64,000 bases of DNA from Candidatus Latescibacterota bacterium (GCA_965198115.1 OZ240241.1:2176001-2240000), one strand, 5' to 3'. Counted from the stretch's first letter, positions 11,924 through 23,135 are shown. Translations and numbers: made by a program. Notes: a model not told the origin generated them from the letters alone.

Positions 11924-12736
11924 TCAGGCTCCCGCCGCAGGCGCAGCCTGACGTTCGCGCCGAATCATGAAGTAGACCATTCCGACCAGACCGACGACGG
12001 TCAACCCCCCGGCGGCACGCATCACATTCATGATCGCGAGGCCGTACTTCCCCGTCGCCGGGTCGTAGTGGAAGCAAAACAGCAGCACCTGATCGACGAC
12101 CGACCCGATCACCTCATTCGAGGCTTCCACGAGCCCGAGCCGGACTTCTCGCGGTGCGTACTCGATCCCATAGTAATAACGCGACAGCCTTCCGTCGGGC
12201 GTGGCGATCATGATCGCACTCCCGTGGGCGAACTGGTCGACCTCGGGCTGGTACTGGTAGTGAAAACCCACCGCCCACGTCACCGCCTCGATCGCCTCGG
12301 GATCGCCCGTCAAAAATCGCCACCCCGTCTCCGCACCCTCACGGTCATAGCTCTCCAGGTAGGACGCCTTCTTCGCAGCAGCCAGTTCGTGCGTCTCGCC
12401 CGGATCGAAGCTGATCGTCACCACGTTGAATTCGTCGCCCACATTCAGCGACGTCGCTCTCAACGTCGCCAGCAGCCCGTTCAGCACCTGCGTGCAGAGC
12501 ATCGGGCACTCATAGTAGACGAAGCTCAAGATCACGGGCTTTTCCCCAAAGGACTCCCCCAGACGAATCTCTCGCCCGGCTGAGTCCACGAACCTCGTAT
12601 CCAACGGTAGGGTCGCTCCAAGCCTCTGATCGATGCCCACCTCGTCGAGCACGGCGAAGGCCGGGTTGCGGGATTCCTGCGCTTCCAACGACACGGCGAG
12701 CAGCAACCCAAGCACCAGGAGCTTTCCGCCGTTCAT
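11924..12736 (-). CDS. SCO1/SenC family copper chaperone
   Basis: YYECPMLC and FAHGS; operon context. Confidence 0.9.
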   Translation of the reverse strand: MNGGKLLVLGLLLAVSLEAQESRNPAFAVLDEVGIDQRLGATLPLDTRFVDSAGREIRLGESFGEKPVILSFVYYECPMLCTQVLNGLLATLRATSLNVGDEFNVVTISFDPGETHELAAAKKASYLESYDREGAETGWRFLTGDPEAIEAVTWAVGFHYQYQPEVDQFAHGSAIMIATPDGRLSRYYYGIEYAPREVRLGLVEASNEVIGSVVDQVLLFCFHYDPATGKYGLAIMNVMRAAGGLTVVGLVGMVYFMIRRERQAAPAAGA

Positions 12737-13113
12737 CGAGAAGTCCCCTGGCGTTCGGCATAGAGCGAGATCGCCCGGTCGATCGGGATGTGAATGACCC
12801 CGCTTTCCGGGGCGACCCACCCGTAGCTCGTCAGCCGCTCGTGCCACAGCTGCCGCGCCGCGGCCAGCTCTTTCGAGGGATCGACTTGAAGCACGGGCCC
12901 GGGCGGGCGTTCTCGAAACGCCTCCATCGGATTCGGCTCGGCCGCCGACATCGCTTCCTGGCGCTCGAACATCCGGAACGTCAGGCCCATGATCAGTGCC
13001 GCGCCCACAACAAGGAGAATCAAGAGAAGGCCCCAAACGACCAGCGGTTTGGCGCGGGTGTCCTGTGTTTCGTAGGGCGGGCTGGGATCGCCGGTGGTCA
13101 TAGGTGTACTCAA
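12733..13113 (-). CDS. Act/cox operon-associated membrane protein
   Basis: One TM segment; RLTSYGWV...HIPIDRAI pattern typical of this operon position. Confidence 0.7.
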   Translation of the reverse strand: MSTPMTTGDPSPPYETQDTRAKPLVVWGLLLILLVVGAALIMGLTFRMFERQEAMSAAEPNPMEAFRERPPGPVLQVDPSKELAAARQLWHERLTSYGWVAPESGVIHIPIDRAISLYAERQGTSR

Positions 13114-13542
13114 TGAGTGGCGGAGGAGAGATACTGATCCATCCGCGGATCGTTCGACGGAAGCAATGGGAAGCTGCGAAGGTGCTTCAGAAAAAGGGCA
13201 ACCCAGATACCACCGATTCCGACGAGGGCTGACGCATCCAGCCAGTGTATGTGGAACGGGACGCTCAAGTGGTCCTCACCGTGGCCCTGTGTCGGCCCGA
13301 TGTACCAGAAGAGATCCACGAATCGCATCAGAAGGACCAGGACGGCGATGGTCGTCATCACGCCCACGTTCGATTTGACCCTGCGAGAAAGGAGTAACGA
13401 GAACGGCAGAGCAAAGTGAAGCACCAGAAGCGCCATCCCAAGGACGCCCCAGGCCCCCTTCCCGCGGACGATGTAGAACGGAATCTCCTCCGGCAGGTTG
13501 CCGGACCAGATGATGAGGTACTGCGAAAAGCACACGTAGGCC
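13110..13542 (-). pseudogene. actF: C-terminal fragment of alternative complex III subunit ActF
   Basis: AYVCFSQYLIIWSGNLPEE; N-terminus replaced by the IS3 remnant. Confidence 0.8.
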
Positions 13543-13654
13543 AGACCACACAGCTCATTGGGCTATCGCCCACCTGCACCTGAAGCGGTCACCAAACCGC
13601 TCACCGCAGCCATATCCTAACTCTGGATGTGGACACATAGATGGGGGCAGGTCA
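13543..13654 (+). mobile_element. IS3-family (IS407-like) right-end remnant, 112 bp
   Basis: Translates RPHSSLGYRPPAPEA...* (IS3 OrfB C-terminus) and ends ...gatgggggcaggtca. Confidence 0.85.
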
Positions 13655-16386
13655 CGAGCGTGGTTGATCCGCTGAACGCAGAACGTGCACTTCTCCATCA
13701 CGCCTCGTGCGCGAACCGTCACGTCGGGGTTGCGCATCAATTTCAGACTCTCTGTTTCGTCGTCGGAGTAATGGAAAAAGTTGAAACGGCGGACCTTGTA
13801 GGGACAGTTGTTCGAGCAGTAGCGCGTGCCCACACACCGGTTGTAGACCATGTCATTCAGGCCTTCCCGACTGTGAACCGTGGCGTTCACGGGGCAGACC
13901 ACCTCACAGGGCGCGTTCTCGCAGTGCATGCAGGGTACCGGCTGATGCAGCACCTCCGGTTCGTCCAACCCGCCCCGGTAATACCGGTCCACACGGATCC
14001 AGTGCATCTCGCGGCCACGGCTGACCTCCTTCGAGCCGACGACCGGGATGTTGTTTTCGGACTGGCAGGCGAGAGTGCAGGCGCTGCATCCCGTACACGC
14101 ATTCAGGTCGATCGTCATCCCCCACGCGTAGCCTTCGTGTCGATGGGTCTCGTTATCGTAGAGGGTCATCTCCTCGCCGAACGCGTGAGCGTGTTCGTGA
14201 GGGGCGTGTGGATCTACCTGGTAACGCTGAAGGTCGGCCGTGCGCACGATGGCGCGTCCCTCCATACTGTGGTGGTCTTGCGTACACGCGAGCTCGACCC
14301 GACGCCCCACCTTTTCCAGTCGCACGACCCCCGCTGCCCCGATCATCGGCATGGCGTTGAACCCCACGCCCGTCCCCACGCGCCCGGCGTGTTTGCGACC
14401 GAATCCGGCGTGCGCGACGAGCACCTCGTCGGCCTGACCGGGCTGGACCCATACGGGTGCTTCGACCGAGGCTTCCCCGACCGCCGCCCGGACGACGTCT
14501 CCGTTCGAGAGTGCGAGCGTTTCCGCGGTTCTGGGAGAGACCAGGAGCACGTTGTCCCACGTCAAACGCGTCATCGGACGCGGTAACTCCTGCAGCCACC
14601 CGTTGTTCGCGTAGCGTCCGTCCCAAACGGCCGAGTCGGGGCGCACGGAGAGCCGAAGACCCTTTCCCTCCTTCGTGGTGCCGGCCGCCACCGACGTACG
14701 AGCCTTGATTCGTTTGGCGCACGATCGTGTCCCTGCTACGACGCCGTCGTGAAGCGAGCGACGCCACGTCTTCTCGAACCCGGACCCCATCCGTGCGGAC
14801 CACCCGGCGCGCACGGTGTCGTAGCTCGATTTTCCCGCCTCGCCCAGCAGCACACTCACCACCTCGTGGGATGAGCGTCCGCCGTAGAGCGGTTCGATCA
14901 GAGGTTGGACGATCGACGCGGTTCCGTCGAAGGCGCGAGCGTCTCCCCACGTCTCGAGCGGATGCGCTTCGGGAACGTGCCAGTGGCTCAGCCGGGAGGT
15001 CTCGTTGAAGTAGGAACCGAGGTGGGCTCGAAACGGGATCCTCTCCAAGGCCGCTGCAAAGTCGACGTCTCCGGGGGCCGTGTAAACCGGGTTGCCCCCC
15101 AACATCAGGAGGTGCGTCATAAGCCCTGCGTTGGCATCCTCCACCAGCTCCGCCAGAGCGTCCCGCCCCGATTCCGTTCGTGCCTCCACCGGGTCGATCA
15201 CGTCGAACGTCGAGCCGTTGTTGCCCAGCGCTTCGTTCATCGCGTGCGCCAGCGCGTGCACCTCCGGCGGCATCTCATCACCCGGCAGGACGAGACACCG
15301 GCCGCGGTGCGCTTTGAGATCGCCGGCGATCGCACCTACCCAGTCTGCGCGCCCTGCGTCATCTCCCCTCGACGTGTCGACACCAACGTGGAAGGCCAGC
15401 TCACGCGCGAAAGCGACGATCGCCGCGGGCTTCAAGGGCAAGCGATGATCGGCCACGGATCCCGTGTTCGTGGGCGTCGACTCGATCGCATACAACCAGT
15501 TCATCCTGTTGCCGTTTTCCGAGACCCGACGCCGATCGGCGAACGCCTTCGCGTGAACGAGATGCGCGGATCCCGAAGACAGGAAATCGGCGTCGAGCGC
15601 GACGATCACGTCTGCCCGGTCTACGCGATAGACCACGTCCACGTCCTCACCGAACGCCCTCCGCGCCCCCTCACGGACCGGGTCGCGACCGAACGGTTCG
15701 TAGACGAGCCACTTCGCCCCCGGAAACGCCTCGAGCACCGAATCCAGCTGCCCCGCCAGTGTCGGCGAGGTAACCGTTTCAGTCAGGATGCGCAGCCCCG
15801 ACTCGCCTTGAGTCGAGAACCGTGCGCGCTCGACAGCGATGGCGTTCACGAAGTTGTCCCACGTGGACACCTGCCCGCCTCGCTGAACGACGTGGCTGCG
15901 ATCGGGGTCGTAGAGCGTGAGGATCGACGCCTGCGTGATCGCGTCGGTTGCGCCGTGCGTCGCCGGATGGTCCGGGTTGCCCTCGACCTTCGTCGGGCGA
16001 CCTGAATGACTTTCGACCAGCACGCCCGTCGCGTAGCCCCGATGCGACAGGGCAGACGCGTAGTAGAGCGGCTTCCCTGGAACGATCTCCTCTGGGGCGC
16101 GAACATACGGGACGAGCTTCTCCACCGGCTGGCGAGTGCACGCCGCGAACCCGCCGAAGGCGAGCGAGGCAGCCATCAGCTTGAGGAACTCGCGGCGGCT
16201 ACGACCATCTTCCCACGTGTCCGCGCCTTCAGGAAACTCGTGCTCCACGTAGTCGCGGAAGACATCGGTGGTGGCGACCTCCTCGAGGCTTCGCCAGAAA
16301 TCGGGTCCCTGTTTGCCCTGAAGCATCGATCGTATCTGCGCCAGATCCACGGCGCCGCGATGTCCGTCCCGGGTTACCGGTGGCAT
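13655..16386 (-). pseudogene. actB: Alternative complex III subunit ActB (molybdopterin-like domain plus 4Fe-4S), C-terminally truncated
   Basis: FWRSLEE, SRREFLK Tat motif, CTGCSACTLAC, CMHCENAPC, RCVGTRYC, EKCTFCVQRI then abrupt switch to IS sequence. Confidence 0.9.
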
Positions 16387-17025
16387 ATCGAGCAGTCCTG
16401 TAGGCGTTGGATGTCGTACGCTTCGACGAGCTTGGGCCCGATCACGGATTGAGGTTCCGCCGGCTCATAGTCCACGTTGAACACTTGCTCCCTCGGCCGA
16501 ACGTGTCGCTCGGGTGCGCGATGGCAGTCCAGACACCATTCCATGTTGAGCGTGTTCGCCTTCCGCATCAGTGGCATCTCGCCCACTGCGCCGTGGCACG
16601 ATTGGCAGCCGATCCCCTTGTGGAGGTGAATGCTGTGGTTGAAGTAGGCGAAATCGGGGAGGTCGTGGACTCGGTTCCACGCCACGGGCGATCCCGATCG
16701 CCAGCTTTCTCGAACGGGTTCGAGGAGGGGGGCGTCCCGCCAGACCTGAGAGTGGCACGTCATACACGTCTCGGTAGGAGGAATCCCCGCAAAGGCGGAC
16801 GTTTCGACCGAGGTATGGCAGTAACGACAGTCGAGTCCGATACCCGTCACGTGATGCTTGTGGCTGAACGGGACTGGCTGCTGTCGAGCGACGCCGACGT
16901 GGGTGAAGTAAGAAGAACGGTTGAGTTCGAGGATCATCCAGACGACGCCTGCGAGGACGAAAACGGCTGCCGAAGATGCTTAGTCGAGCGATGGTGTTCG
17001 TGCTGCGGTGGAAGAACTGAGGCAT
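16374..17025 (-). pseudogene. actA: Alternative complex III pentaheme cytochrome ActA, frameshift near 16965
   Basis: MPQFFHRSTN start; QPVPFSHKHH; five CxxCH motifs. Confidence 0.88.
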
Positions 17026-17044
17026 CCGACCTCATCTATAATAT

Positions 17045-18461
17045 GGCTCTATCCGGGTTTCTCAACGGTGAAACTATAGAATGACAAGGTCATAGATCGT
17101 TCCCTACGCTTGGTTGTGTGTGTAGGACAATCAAAGCGAAGGGGGTGCGACCTATGACCGGGAGCAGATTACTATCGAAACTGCTGAGATTCAAGGGGTT
17201 CCGTGTTGTCAGCTGGTGGTTTGAGGGGAGAAGCTGCTTCGTCATCGCCGTAAAGCCACATAAGAATGGTTGTTGTTGTCCGGAGTGCGGCCGTCGAGGT
17301 AAAATCGTCCGCACAATGCCCCATCCGCGTCGTGGCGTGACATTCCGGTGTGCGGGTGGAGGGTCTGGCTTCTCTACCATCCTCGGGAGATTCGGTGTCC
17401 TACCCACGGTCGTGTGGTCGAGGAGATTCCGTGGGCGGAGCGGTTCTCTCGGGTGACGTATCGCTTCGAGTATGCCATGCTGCGCTACTGCCAGACCATG
17501 ACGCAGAAGGCGGCGTCCGAGTTACTGCGCATCTCTGCCTCGACGCTGTCGGATCTCCTTCACCGATCCATCACGCGGCTTCGTGAAGGTCATCGTATCC
17601 GAGGGCTCAAAACCATCGGGATCGACGAGATCTCCTACGCCAAGCGTCACAGGTACGCCACGCTCGTTTACGATCTGGACCGCTCCTGCGTGGTGTGGGT
17701 TGGCCGCGGCAGGGCGCGTAAAACGATCGATCGGTTCTTCACAGAGGCTCTCAGTCCCTACCAGAGATCCAAGATCGAGTGGGCCTGCTGCGACATGAGC
17801 GAAGCTTACATCGGAGCCATCCAGGAACACTGTCCGAATGCCAAGCTGGTCCTCGATCGCTTTCACATCGTCAAGGCTCTCAATGCCGCTTGACGAGGTC
17901 CGTAAGGACCAGTGGCGTAAAGCTGCCCCGGATGAGCGCAAAGCCATGAAGGGCCTCCGATGGCTCCTCTACCGGCACTCAGCGACACGCTCCAGAGGGG
18001 ATACTCGGACACTCAAAGCACTGGAGAAGGCGAACTACCGAATCTATAGAGCCTGGAGACTCAAGGACGAGTTCGAGCAGTTCTGGGAATACAAAGCGCC
18101 CTGGGCTGCCGAACGCTTCCTGAAATGCTGGACGACGTCCGCACTCAGAAGTCGACGTGAACCCCTGCGAAAGTTCGTCAGGACCCTGCGACAGCACTTC
18201 TTCGGCGTCCTCGCATTCGTGAACACGCGTCTTACCAACGCCATCGCCGAAGGCCTCAACCGAATCGTCCAAATCGTCAAGAACCGAGCCAGCGGATTCC
18301 GCACACTCGACGCATTCAACGATATGATCTTCCTTACCGTCGGAGACATAAACATCCCTGAGCAGATTCCGAAGAGGTTCCGCACACGCTAACCGCGCCC
18401 CCATGCCAGGAACCACGGCACCTTCACCCACTTCATCTCGTTGAGAGATCCAGATATAGCC
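17045..18461 (+). mobile_element. ISL3 copy 2, transposase with two frameshifts
   Basis: Same IRs; 8-bp TSD tataatat. Confidence 0.95.
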
Positions 18462-18610
18462 TATAATATGGACCTACCTTAATCCAGATGCTAGGCACGA
18501 ACAAGAAGCTGGTAAATATACGTCCCGCGGACAGAGCGTCAACCGACAGGCCTGCGAGTCCCAAGGAAGGGGAAACCCCAACACGACAGCGACTTCCTTC
18601 CTCGTCACAC

Positions 18611-19972
18611 TCAGCCGCGCGCTTCCTGGGCGGTGACCCGACGCTGGCCGGCCTTGCGTGTGGTCTCGGCCGGAACGATCTCGGGCGCGAGCTCCCCTGC
18701 TTGAACCATCCGACGAACCAGTCTATCGCGCATCACGACTCGGACGTCTTCGTGAGACTCCGCGCCGACCAGATTGGTCAGCTCGTACGGATCGACCTGC
18801 AAATCGTAGAGGTATTGCTCCACATACGATTCCGATCCGACGTCATCTCGACCGGACTTGTCGGGCGCATCCACGCCGTATTTCCACCGATGCGTGCGCA
18901 CCGCGCGACCCACCTGAGTTTCGCTGATCTGGATGAACGCCTCCTCCGGCCAGTCATCCGCACCCCCCCGAACGACCGGTAAAATCGATCGGCCCTGCAT
19001 CTCATCCGGGACGTCAATGCCTGCAGCATCGAGCAGCGTCGGCGGGAGATCGATCAGACTGATCATCTCGGTCAGAGAGCCGCCGGCATCGAACCCGGGA
19101 CCTTGAAAGGCGGTGGGTACGTGAACGGAGCTCTCGTGACACGATCGTTTGTATTCACTGTTTCGAGTCTTGAAGTGGCAGCCGTGGTCCGACGTGAACA
19201 TCACAATGGTTTTCTCCATCAGCCCCAGGCTCTTCAGCGCGTCAAGCACCCGTCCGAAGGCCTCGTCCAATCGTTTGACCATCCCGTAGTAGCCGCCCAG
19301 ATGCTGATGCGTCGACCCGCCGAGCGCGGCCAGGTCGGGGGGAATCCAGCCACCTGTGTAGCGCTCTCGATAGCCGTCCGGGGGAGGATAGTCGTCCAGA
19401 TGATTCTGATGGTGGGGTTCGATGTAGGATGAGAACAGGAAGAAGGGCTCGTCCTGATGCGCGTCGATGTAGCGAATCACGGCATCCACCCGATACCCCG
19501 GCATCTTCACGGGGTTCCCGTCGTTGTCATACATCACACAGTCATAGGCGTCCGAAGTAAACTCGAGCACGTTCGACGCCAGCCAGTCCTCGTAACCGCC
19601 TCGCTGATCCTCGGGCACGGGGCCCGCGATCTGACTCTCTGGACGTCCGTCCCCCGCCGCAAGATGCCACTTTCCGATGTATCCGGTACGATAGCCGGCT
19701 CCACGAAAGTGATGAGCCAGGGTCGTCGCGTCCTTCGGCAACGGAATCCCGTTTCGATGGCATCCGATCGTCGTCGCGTAGAGCCCCGTCTGCAGACACG
19801 ATCGCGCCGGCCCGCACACCGGCTGGCACGTAATCGAATTGACCACGTGCGTGCCGCGCCTGGCCATCGCATCGAAATTCGGCGTCAGGTCCATCGGGTT
19901 CCCGTGCAGACCCGACGTGTCCCATCGCTGCTGATCCGTGAAAAACACGATCACATTCGGCCGATCCGCCAT
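18611..19972 (-). CDS. Sulfatase (FGly-dependent)
   Basis: FFTDQQRWD, CGPAR (CxPxR), GYIGKWHL, FTSDHG. Confidence 0.92.
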   Translation of the reverse strand: MADRPNVIVFFTDQQRWDTSGLHGNPMDLTPNFDAMARRGTHVVNSITCQPVCGPARSCLQTGLYATTIGCHRNGIPLPKDATTLAHHFRGAGYRTGYIGKWHLAAGDGRPESQIAGPVPEDQRGGYEDWLASNVLEFTSDAYDCVMYDNDGNPVKMPGYRVDAVIRYIDAHQDEPFFLFSSYIEPHHQNHLDDYPPPDGYRERYTGGWIPPDLAALGGSTHQHLGGYYGMVKRLDEAFGRVLDALKSLGLMEKTIVMFTSDHGCHFKTRNSEYKRSCHESSVHVPTAFQGPGFDAGGSLTEMISLIDLPPTLLDAAGIDVPDEMQGRSILPVVRGGADDWPEEAFIQISETQVGRAVRTHRWKYGVDAPDKSGRDDVGSESYVEQYLYDLQVDPYELTNLVGAESHEDVRVVMRDRLVRRMVQAGELAPEIVPAETTRKAGQRRVTAQEARG

Positions 19973-20236
19973 CCACACCTCCTGCGGGGGTTCATATGTA
20001 TCGGGGCACGGCAATATAGACGCTTTCTCCCGTTCCACTGGACATTTCTAACCGTTCCGCAGGTGTCTAAGTGTCAGTGTCTGGAGGGGGTTCCGTCTTT
20101 CCTGAACACCGAACACCGAACACCGCTTGCCGCCGAAGCCCCACAGAGCGAAGAACCGCACACTCAAAGCTGGCCCCCGGTCCGACTGACCGCTATCTTT
20201 CAATCGATCAATCAACTCAACAGGGAAGCAATCATC

Positions 20237-21520
20237 ATGGCCGACACGCCAGAAGGAAACGCCGCCCACCTCGAGCTCGCCGATCGGTATCTCCCGGGCG
20301 CGAGCCTTGGAATGTTCCAGCTCCCGGATGAAAGCCGGTTCGTCATCGCCCGCGGCAAGGGGAGTCGCGTATGGGACTCGGACGGCAAGGAATACGTCGA
20401 CTTCGTGCTGGGGTCGGGCCCGATGGTTCTCGGCCACGCACCCGACAGCGTCGTCGAGGCTGTTCAGAAACAGGTCGCACTGGGATCGACCTACTACGGG
20501 CTGAACGAACCCGTCCTCAGGCTGGCGCAGCAGATGTGCGATGCCTCTCCCTGCGGCGAAATGGCGCGATTCACGTGCTCGGGAACAGACGCTACGTTCT
20601 CCGCGATCCGTCTCTCTCGTGCATACAGCGGTCGCGAGAAGATCCTCAAGTTCGACGGGGGATGGCACGGTGGCCACGACTACGCCCAACAGGATATGGC
20701 CGATGGCGGGCCGGCAAGCCGCCCCCTCTCGGACGGCATTCCCCAAGGGGCGACCGACACCGTACTCGTCAGTCCATTCAACGACGCCGCCACCGCGACA
20801 GATCTGATCGGTCGCCACGCCGGCGATCTGGCCGCCGTCATCGTCGAGCCTCTCCAGCGAGCGATCAAACCCGAACCCGGCTTCCTCGAAGCCCTTCGCG
20901 AGGTGACGAGCAAACACGGTATCGTCCTCATCTTCGACGAAGTCGTCACCGGCTTCCGGCTCGCCTGGGGCGGCGCGCAGGAGCACTACGGCATCGAAGC
21001 TGACGTCGCCGTTTACGGAAAAACCATTAGCGGCGGTTATCCCCTGGCGGCAGTCTGCGGGCGGAAAGACATCGTCGACTGCGCCGATCCAGGACGCAAG
21101 GGGAAGGAGCCCTACGTCTTCATCAGCGGGACGTTCAACGGGAACCCGATCAGCGCGACGGCCGGTCTTGCGACACTCGAAGCATTGCACCAGCCTGGCG
21201 TCTACGATCGCCTGTTCGAGGTCGCCGATCGCTTGAAAGCGGGGTTCGACAAGGCGGCCGGCGAGCGAGGCATTCCCTTTCAGATCATTGGGGACGGCCC
21301 CGTGCTCCAGCCGTTTTTCTTCACCGAGCCGATTCGCAACCACGCCGATTCGCAGCGCGGCGATCGAACCCGAATCAATCGGTTCGGAGATTCCCTCATC
21401 GAGCAAGGCATCTTCATCAACCCCAGCGGAAAGATCTATCTGTCCACGGCACATTCCGATGCCGACATCGATCACGCGATCGAGGCAGCGGGACGCGCGT
21501 TCGACCAACTCGATAGTTAA
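20237..21520 (+). CDS. Class III aminotransferase, glutamate-1-semialdehyde aminomutase-like
   Basis: GPMVLGH, SGTDAT, LIFDEVVTGFR, YGKTISGG, GTFNGNP. Confidence 0.88.
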   Translation: MADTPEGNAAHLELADRYLPGASLGMFQLPDESRFVIARGKGSRVWDSDGKEYVDFVLGSGPMVLGHAPDSVVEAVQKQVALGSTYYGLNEPVLRLAQQMCDASPCGEMARFTCSGTDATFSAIRLSRAYSGREKILKFDGGWHGGHDYAQQDMADGGPASRPLSDGIPQGATDTVLVSPFNDAATATDLIGRHAGDLAAVIVEPLQRAIKPEPGFLEALREVTSKHGIVLIFDEVVTGFRLAWGGAQEHYGIEADVAVYGKTISGGYPLAAVCGRKDIVDCADPGRKGKEPYVFISGTFNGNPISATAGLATLEALHQPGVYDRLFEVADRLKAGFDKAAGERGIPFQIIGDGPVLQPFFFTEPIRNHADSQRGDRTRINRFGDSLIEQGIFINPSGKIYLSTAHSDADIDHAIEAAGRAFDQLDS

Positions 21521-21535
21521 TGAGGGGAGGATGCG

Positions 21536-22219
21536 ATGGGTATCGTGACGGTTTCCAGACAGTACGGGTCCGATGGGCGAACCGTCGGCCTGAGAGCATC
21601 CGAGCGGTTGGGCTACCGCTACATAAACAAGGAGATCATCTCAGAAGTCGCACAGAAAGCCAACGTGCCCGTCAACGAAGTCGAACGGTTTGACGAACAG
21701 CCTGAATCAGCCGCCCTACGAATCCTCAGAAAATTCCTCGCCCCCAGCTACATGACAGTCGGGCCGGAACTGGCCGAACACGATTGGTGGACGGCCACAA
21801 CACTCGCCGGCGTCACGCCCTCCAACCACGAGAGTCTGTCGCTCGACGAAGACGTATTCGTCCAGCTGACGCGGGAAGTGATCAACAAGCTGGCGGAACA
21901 GGGCAACATCGTTCTTCTCGGCCGGGGCTGCCAGGCATTGCTGTCCGGCCGGTCCGACGTCCTTCACGTACGCGTCGTCGCCCCGCTCGAGTATCGCATC
22001 GATGTCGCCAAAAGACGCGATGACCTCGACGAGACCGCCGCAAAGGCCGAGATCCAGGAAATGGATCAGCTGCGAAAAACCTATCTGAAGCGACACTACA
22101 ACGTCGATTGGAACCGCGCTGATCTGTATCATCTGGTCGTCAACACGGCTTGGCTGGGCATCGAAGGAGCAGCCTCGCTGATCGAGTCGGCCGCACGCGC
22201 CCTCCCCTTCCGCGCCTGA
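21536..22219 (+). CDS. Cytidylate kinase-like family protein
   Basis: VTVSRQYGSDG, LGRG, YHLVVNT. Confidence 0.8.
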   Translation: MGIVTVSRQYGSDGRTVGLRASERLGYRYINKEIISEVAQKANVPVNEVERFDEQPESAALRILRKFLAPSYMTVGPELAEHDWWTATTLAGVTPSNHESLSLDEDVFVQLTREVINKLAEQGNIVLLGRGCQALLSGRSDVLHVRVVAPLEYRIDVAKRRDDLDETAAKAEIQEMDQLRKTYLKRHYNVDWNRADLYHLVVNTAWLGIEGAASLIESAARALPFRA

Positions 22220-22335
22220 TCGGGATCACGCCCCACCTCTGCTCTGGCAAGGCTTAACCCCTCGGGAGAACGACGGATAGAGCACCATACAGGCCTTCTA
22301 TCCTATTGTTTCTTCGCGCCTTGGTGTCTTGGTGG

Positions 22336-22362
22336 TTCAGCTTTTGCGAAAACCGCCGATAA
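22336..22362 (+). promoter_or_regulatory. Putative sigma28 (FliA/SigD) promoter
   Basis: TTCAGCTT-N11-GCCGATAA; exact -10 consensus. Confidence 0.6.
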
Positions 22363-22423
22363 TCGGTAGGGGCAGCGCTACAAAGCGCTGACGCAGCGCC
22401 ACAGACCTCTGGGAGCACTTGCC

Positions 22424-22633
22424 GTGAACCCGATCAATCCCTTATACGGTGGCCTTACTGGATATGGATCCACCAGTCTGGACCTGATGGAACGAACGGC
22501 CGAACTAATCGAGGAAGTCGTCCAGTTTCGCCCAGAGATACGGGACTACAGCGCGCCCCGCATGTCTCTCGCCTCCTCGCTCAACGCCGTCCCGCTGGCG
22601 GATTTGAGACCGGTGATCGACATTCAGGCCTGA
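22424..22633 (+). CDS. Small protein, 69 aa, C-terminus VIDIQA
   Basis: GGGAG RBS, GTG start, followed by terminator. Confidence 0.6.
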   Translation: MNPINPLYGGLTGYGSTSLDLMERTAELIEEVVQFRPEIRDYSAPRMSLASSLNAVPLADLRPVIDIQA

Positions 22634-22657
22634 ACGGATTCTACACGAAACGCATAT

Positions 22658-22691
22658 AAAAAGGCCCTCGTTCCTGGAACGAGGGCCTTTC
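22658..22691. terminator. Bidirectional intrinsic terminator
   Basis: aaaggccctcgttc-ctg-gaacgagggccttt between convergent ORFs. Confidence 0.85.
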
Positions 22692-22729
22692 ATCATTGCG
22701 GGGATGTGCGGGCGTGCTGGGATAGTCGT

Positions 22730-22912
22730 CTAGGCCGTGACATCCACGTGATGCGCGTCCACTTGTGGCGTGTCGGCAAGCTGCGTCGTCGGCGCATCCA
22801 CTCCCCCGTCACTCGATTTCGGGACAGGAGTTGGCATTTGCTGTAGGGATCTGACGATCAAATCGACCGTCAGGCTATTGATTCCCTGAACGGATGCCGA
22901 CATCGTCATCAC
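22730..22912 (-). CDS. Small protein, ~60 aa, C-terminus HVDVTA (YjfB-like ending)
   Basis: Strong RBS AGAGGAGGTG at the start. Confidence 0.65.
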   Translation of the reverse strand: MMTMSASVQGINSLTVDLIVRSLQQMPTPVPKSSDGGVDAPTTQLADTPQVDAHHVDVTA

Positions 22913-22951
22913 CTCCTCTAACGCACATCCCTCTACTGGGCCTTAGTTTTA

Positions 22952-22979
22952 ATTTCGGCATCCAAATCGCCAATCTTGA
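22952..22979 (-). promoter_or_regulatory. Putative sigma28 promoter
   Basis: Minus strand TCAAGATT-N12-GCCGAAAT. Confidence 0.55.
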
Positions 22980-23100
22980 CTGAGCGGCCCGAAATCCGGA
23001 CGATTTTTCCCGCGTAGACCAAAACCCGCCTCGGACCTTCTGAATCAACAAGACCGGTGTAACGGACAGTTCTCCGAGATTATTATCCCAAACGTCTATA

Positions 23101-23113
23101 AATCAACATGTTA
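23101..23113 (+). promoter_or_regulatory. IHF-like binding site in AT-rich island
   Basis: AATCAAcatgTTA matches WATCAANNNNTTR. Confidence 0.4.
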
Positions 23114-23135
23114 TTGACTTATATTTCGCCCCAAG

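Noticed and set aside
19457-20236. 687-aa ORF suggesting an N-terminal extension of the aminotransferase
   Set aside because: The extension is antisense to the sulfatase; the real start with RBS is at 20237.
20237-21520. Naming the gene hemL
   Set aside because: Family is clear, but there is no tetrapyrrole gene context and it could be a paralog.
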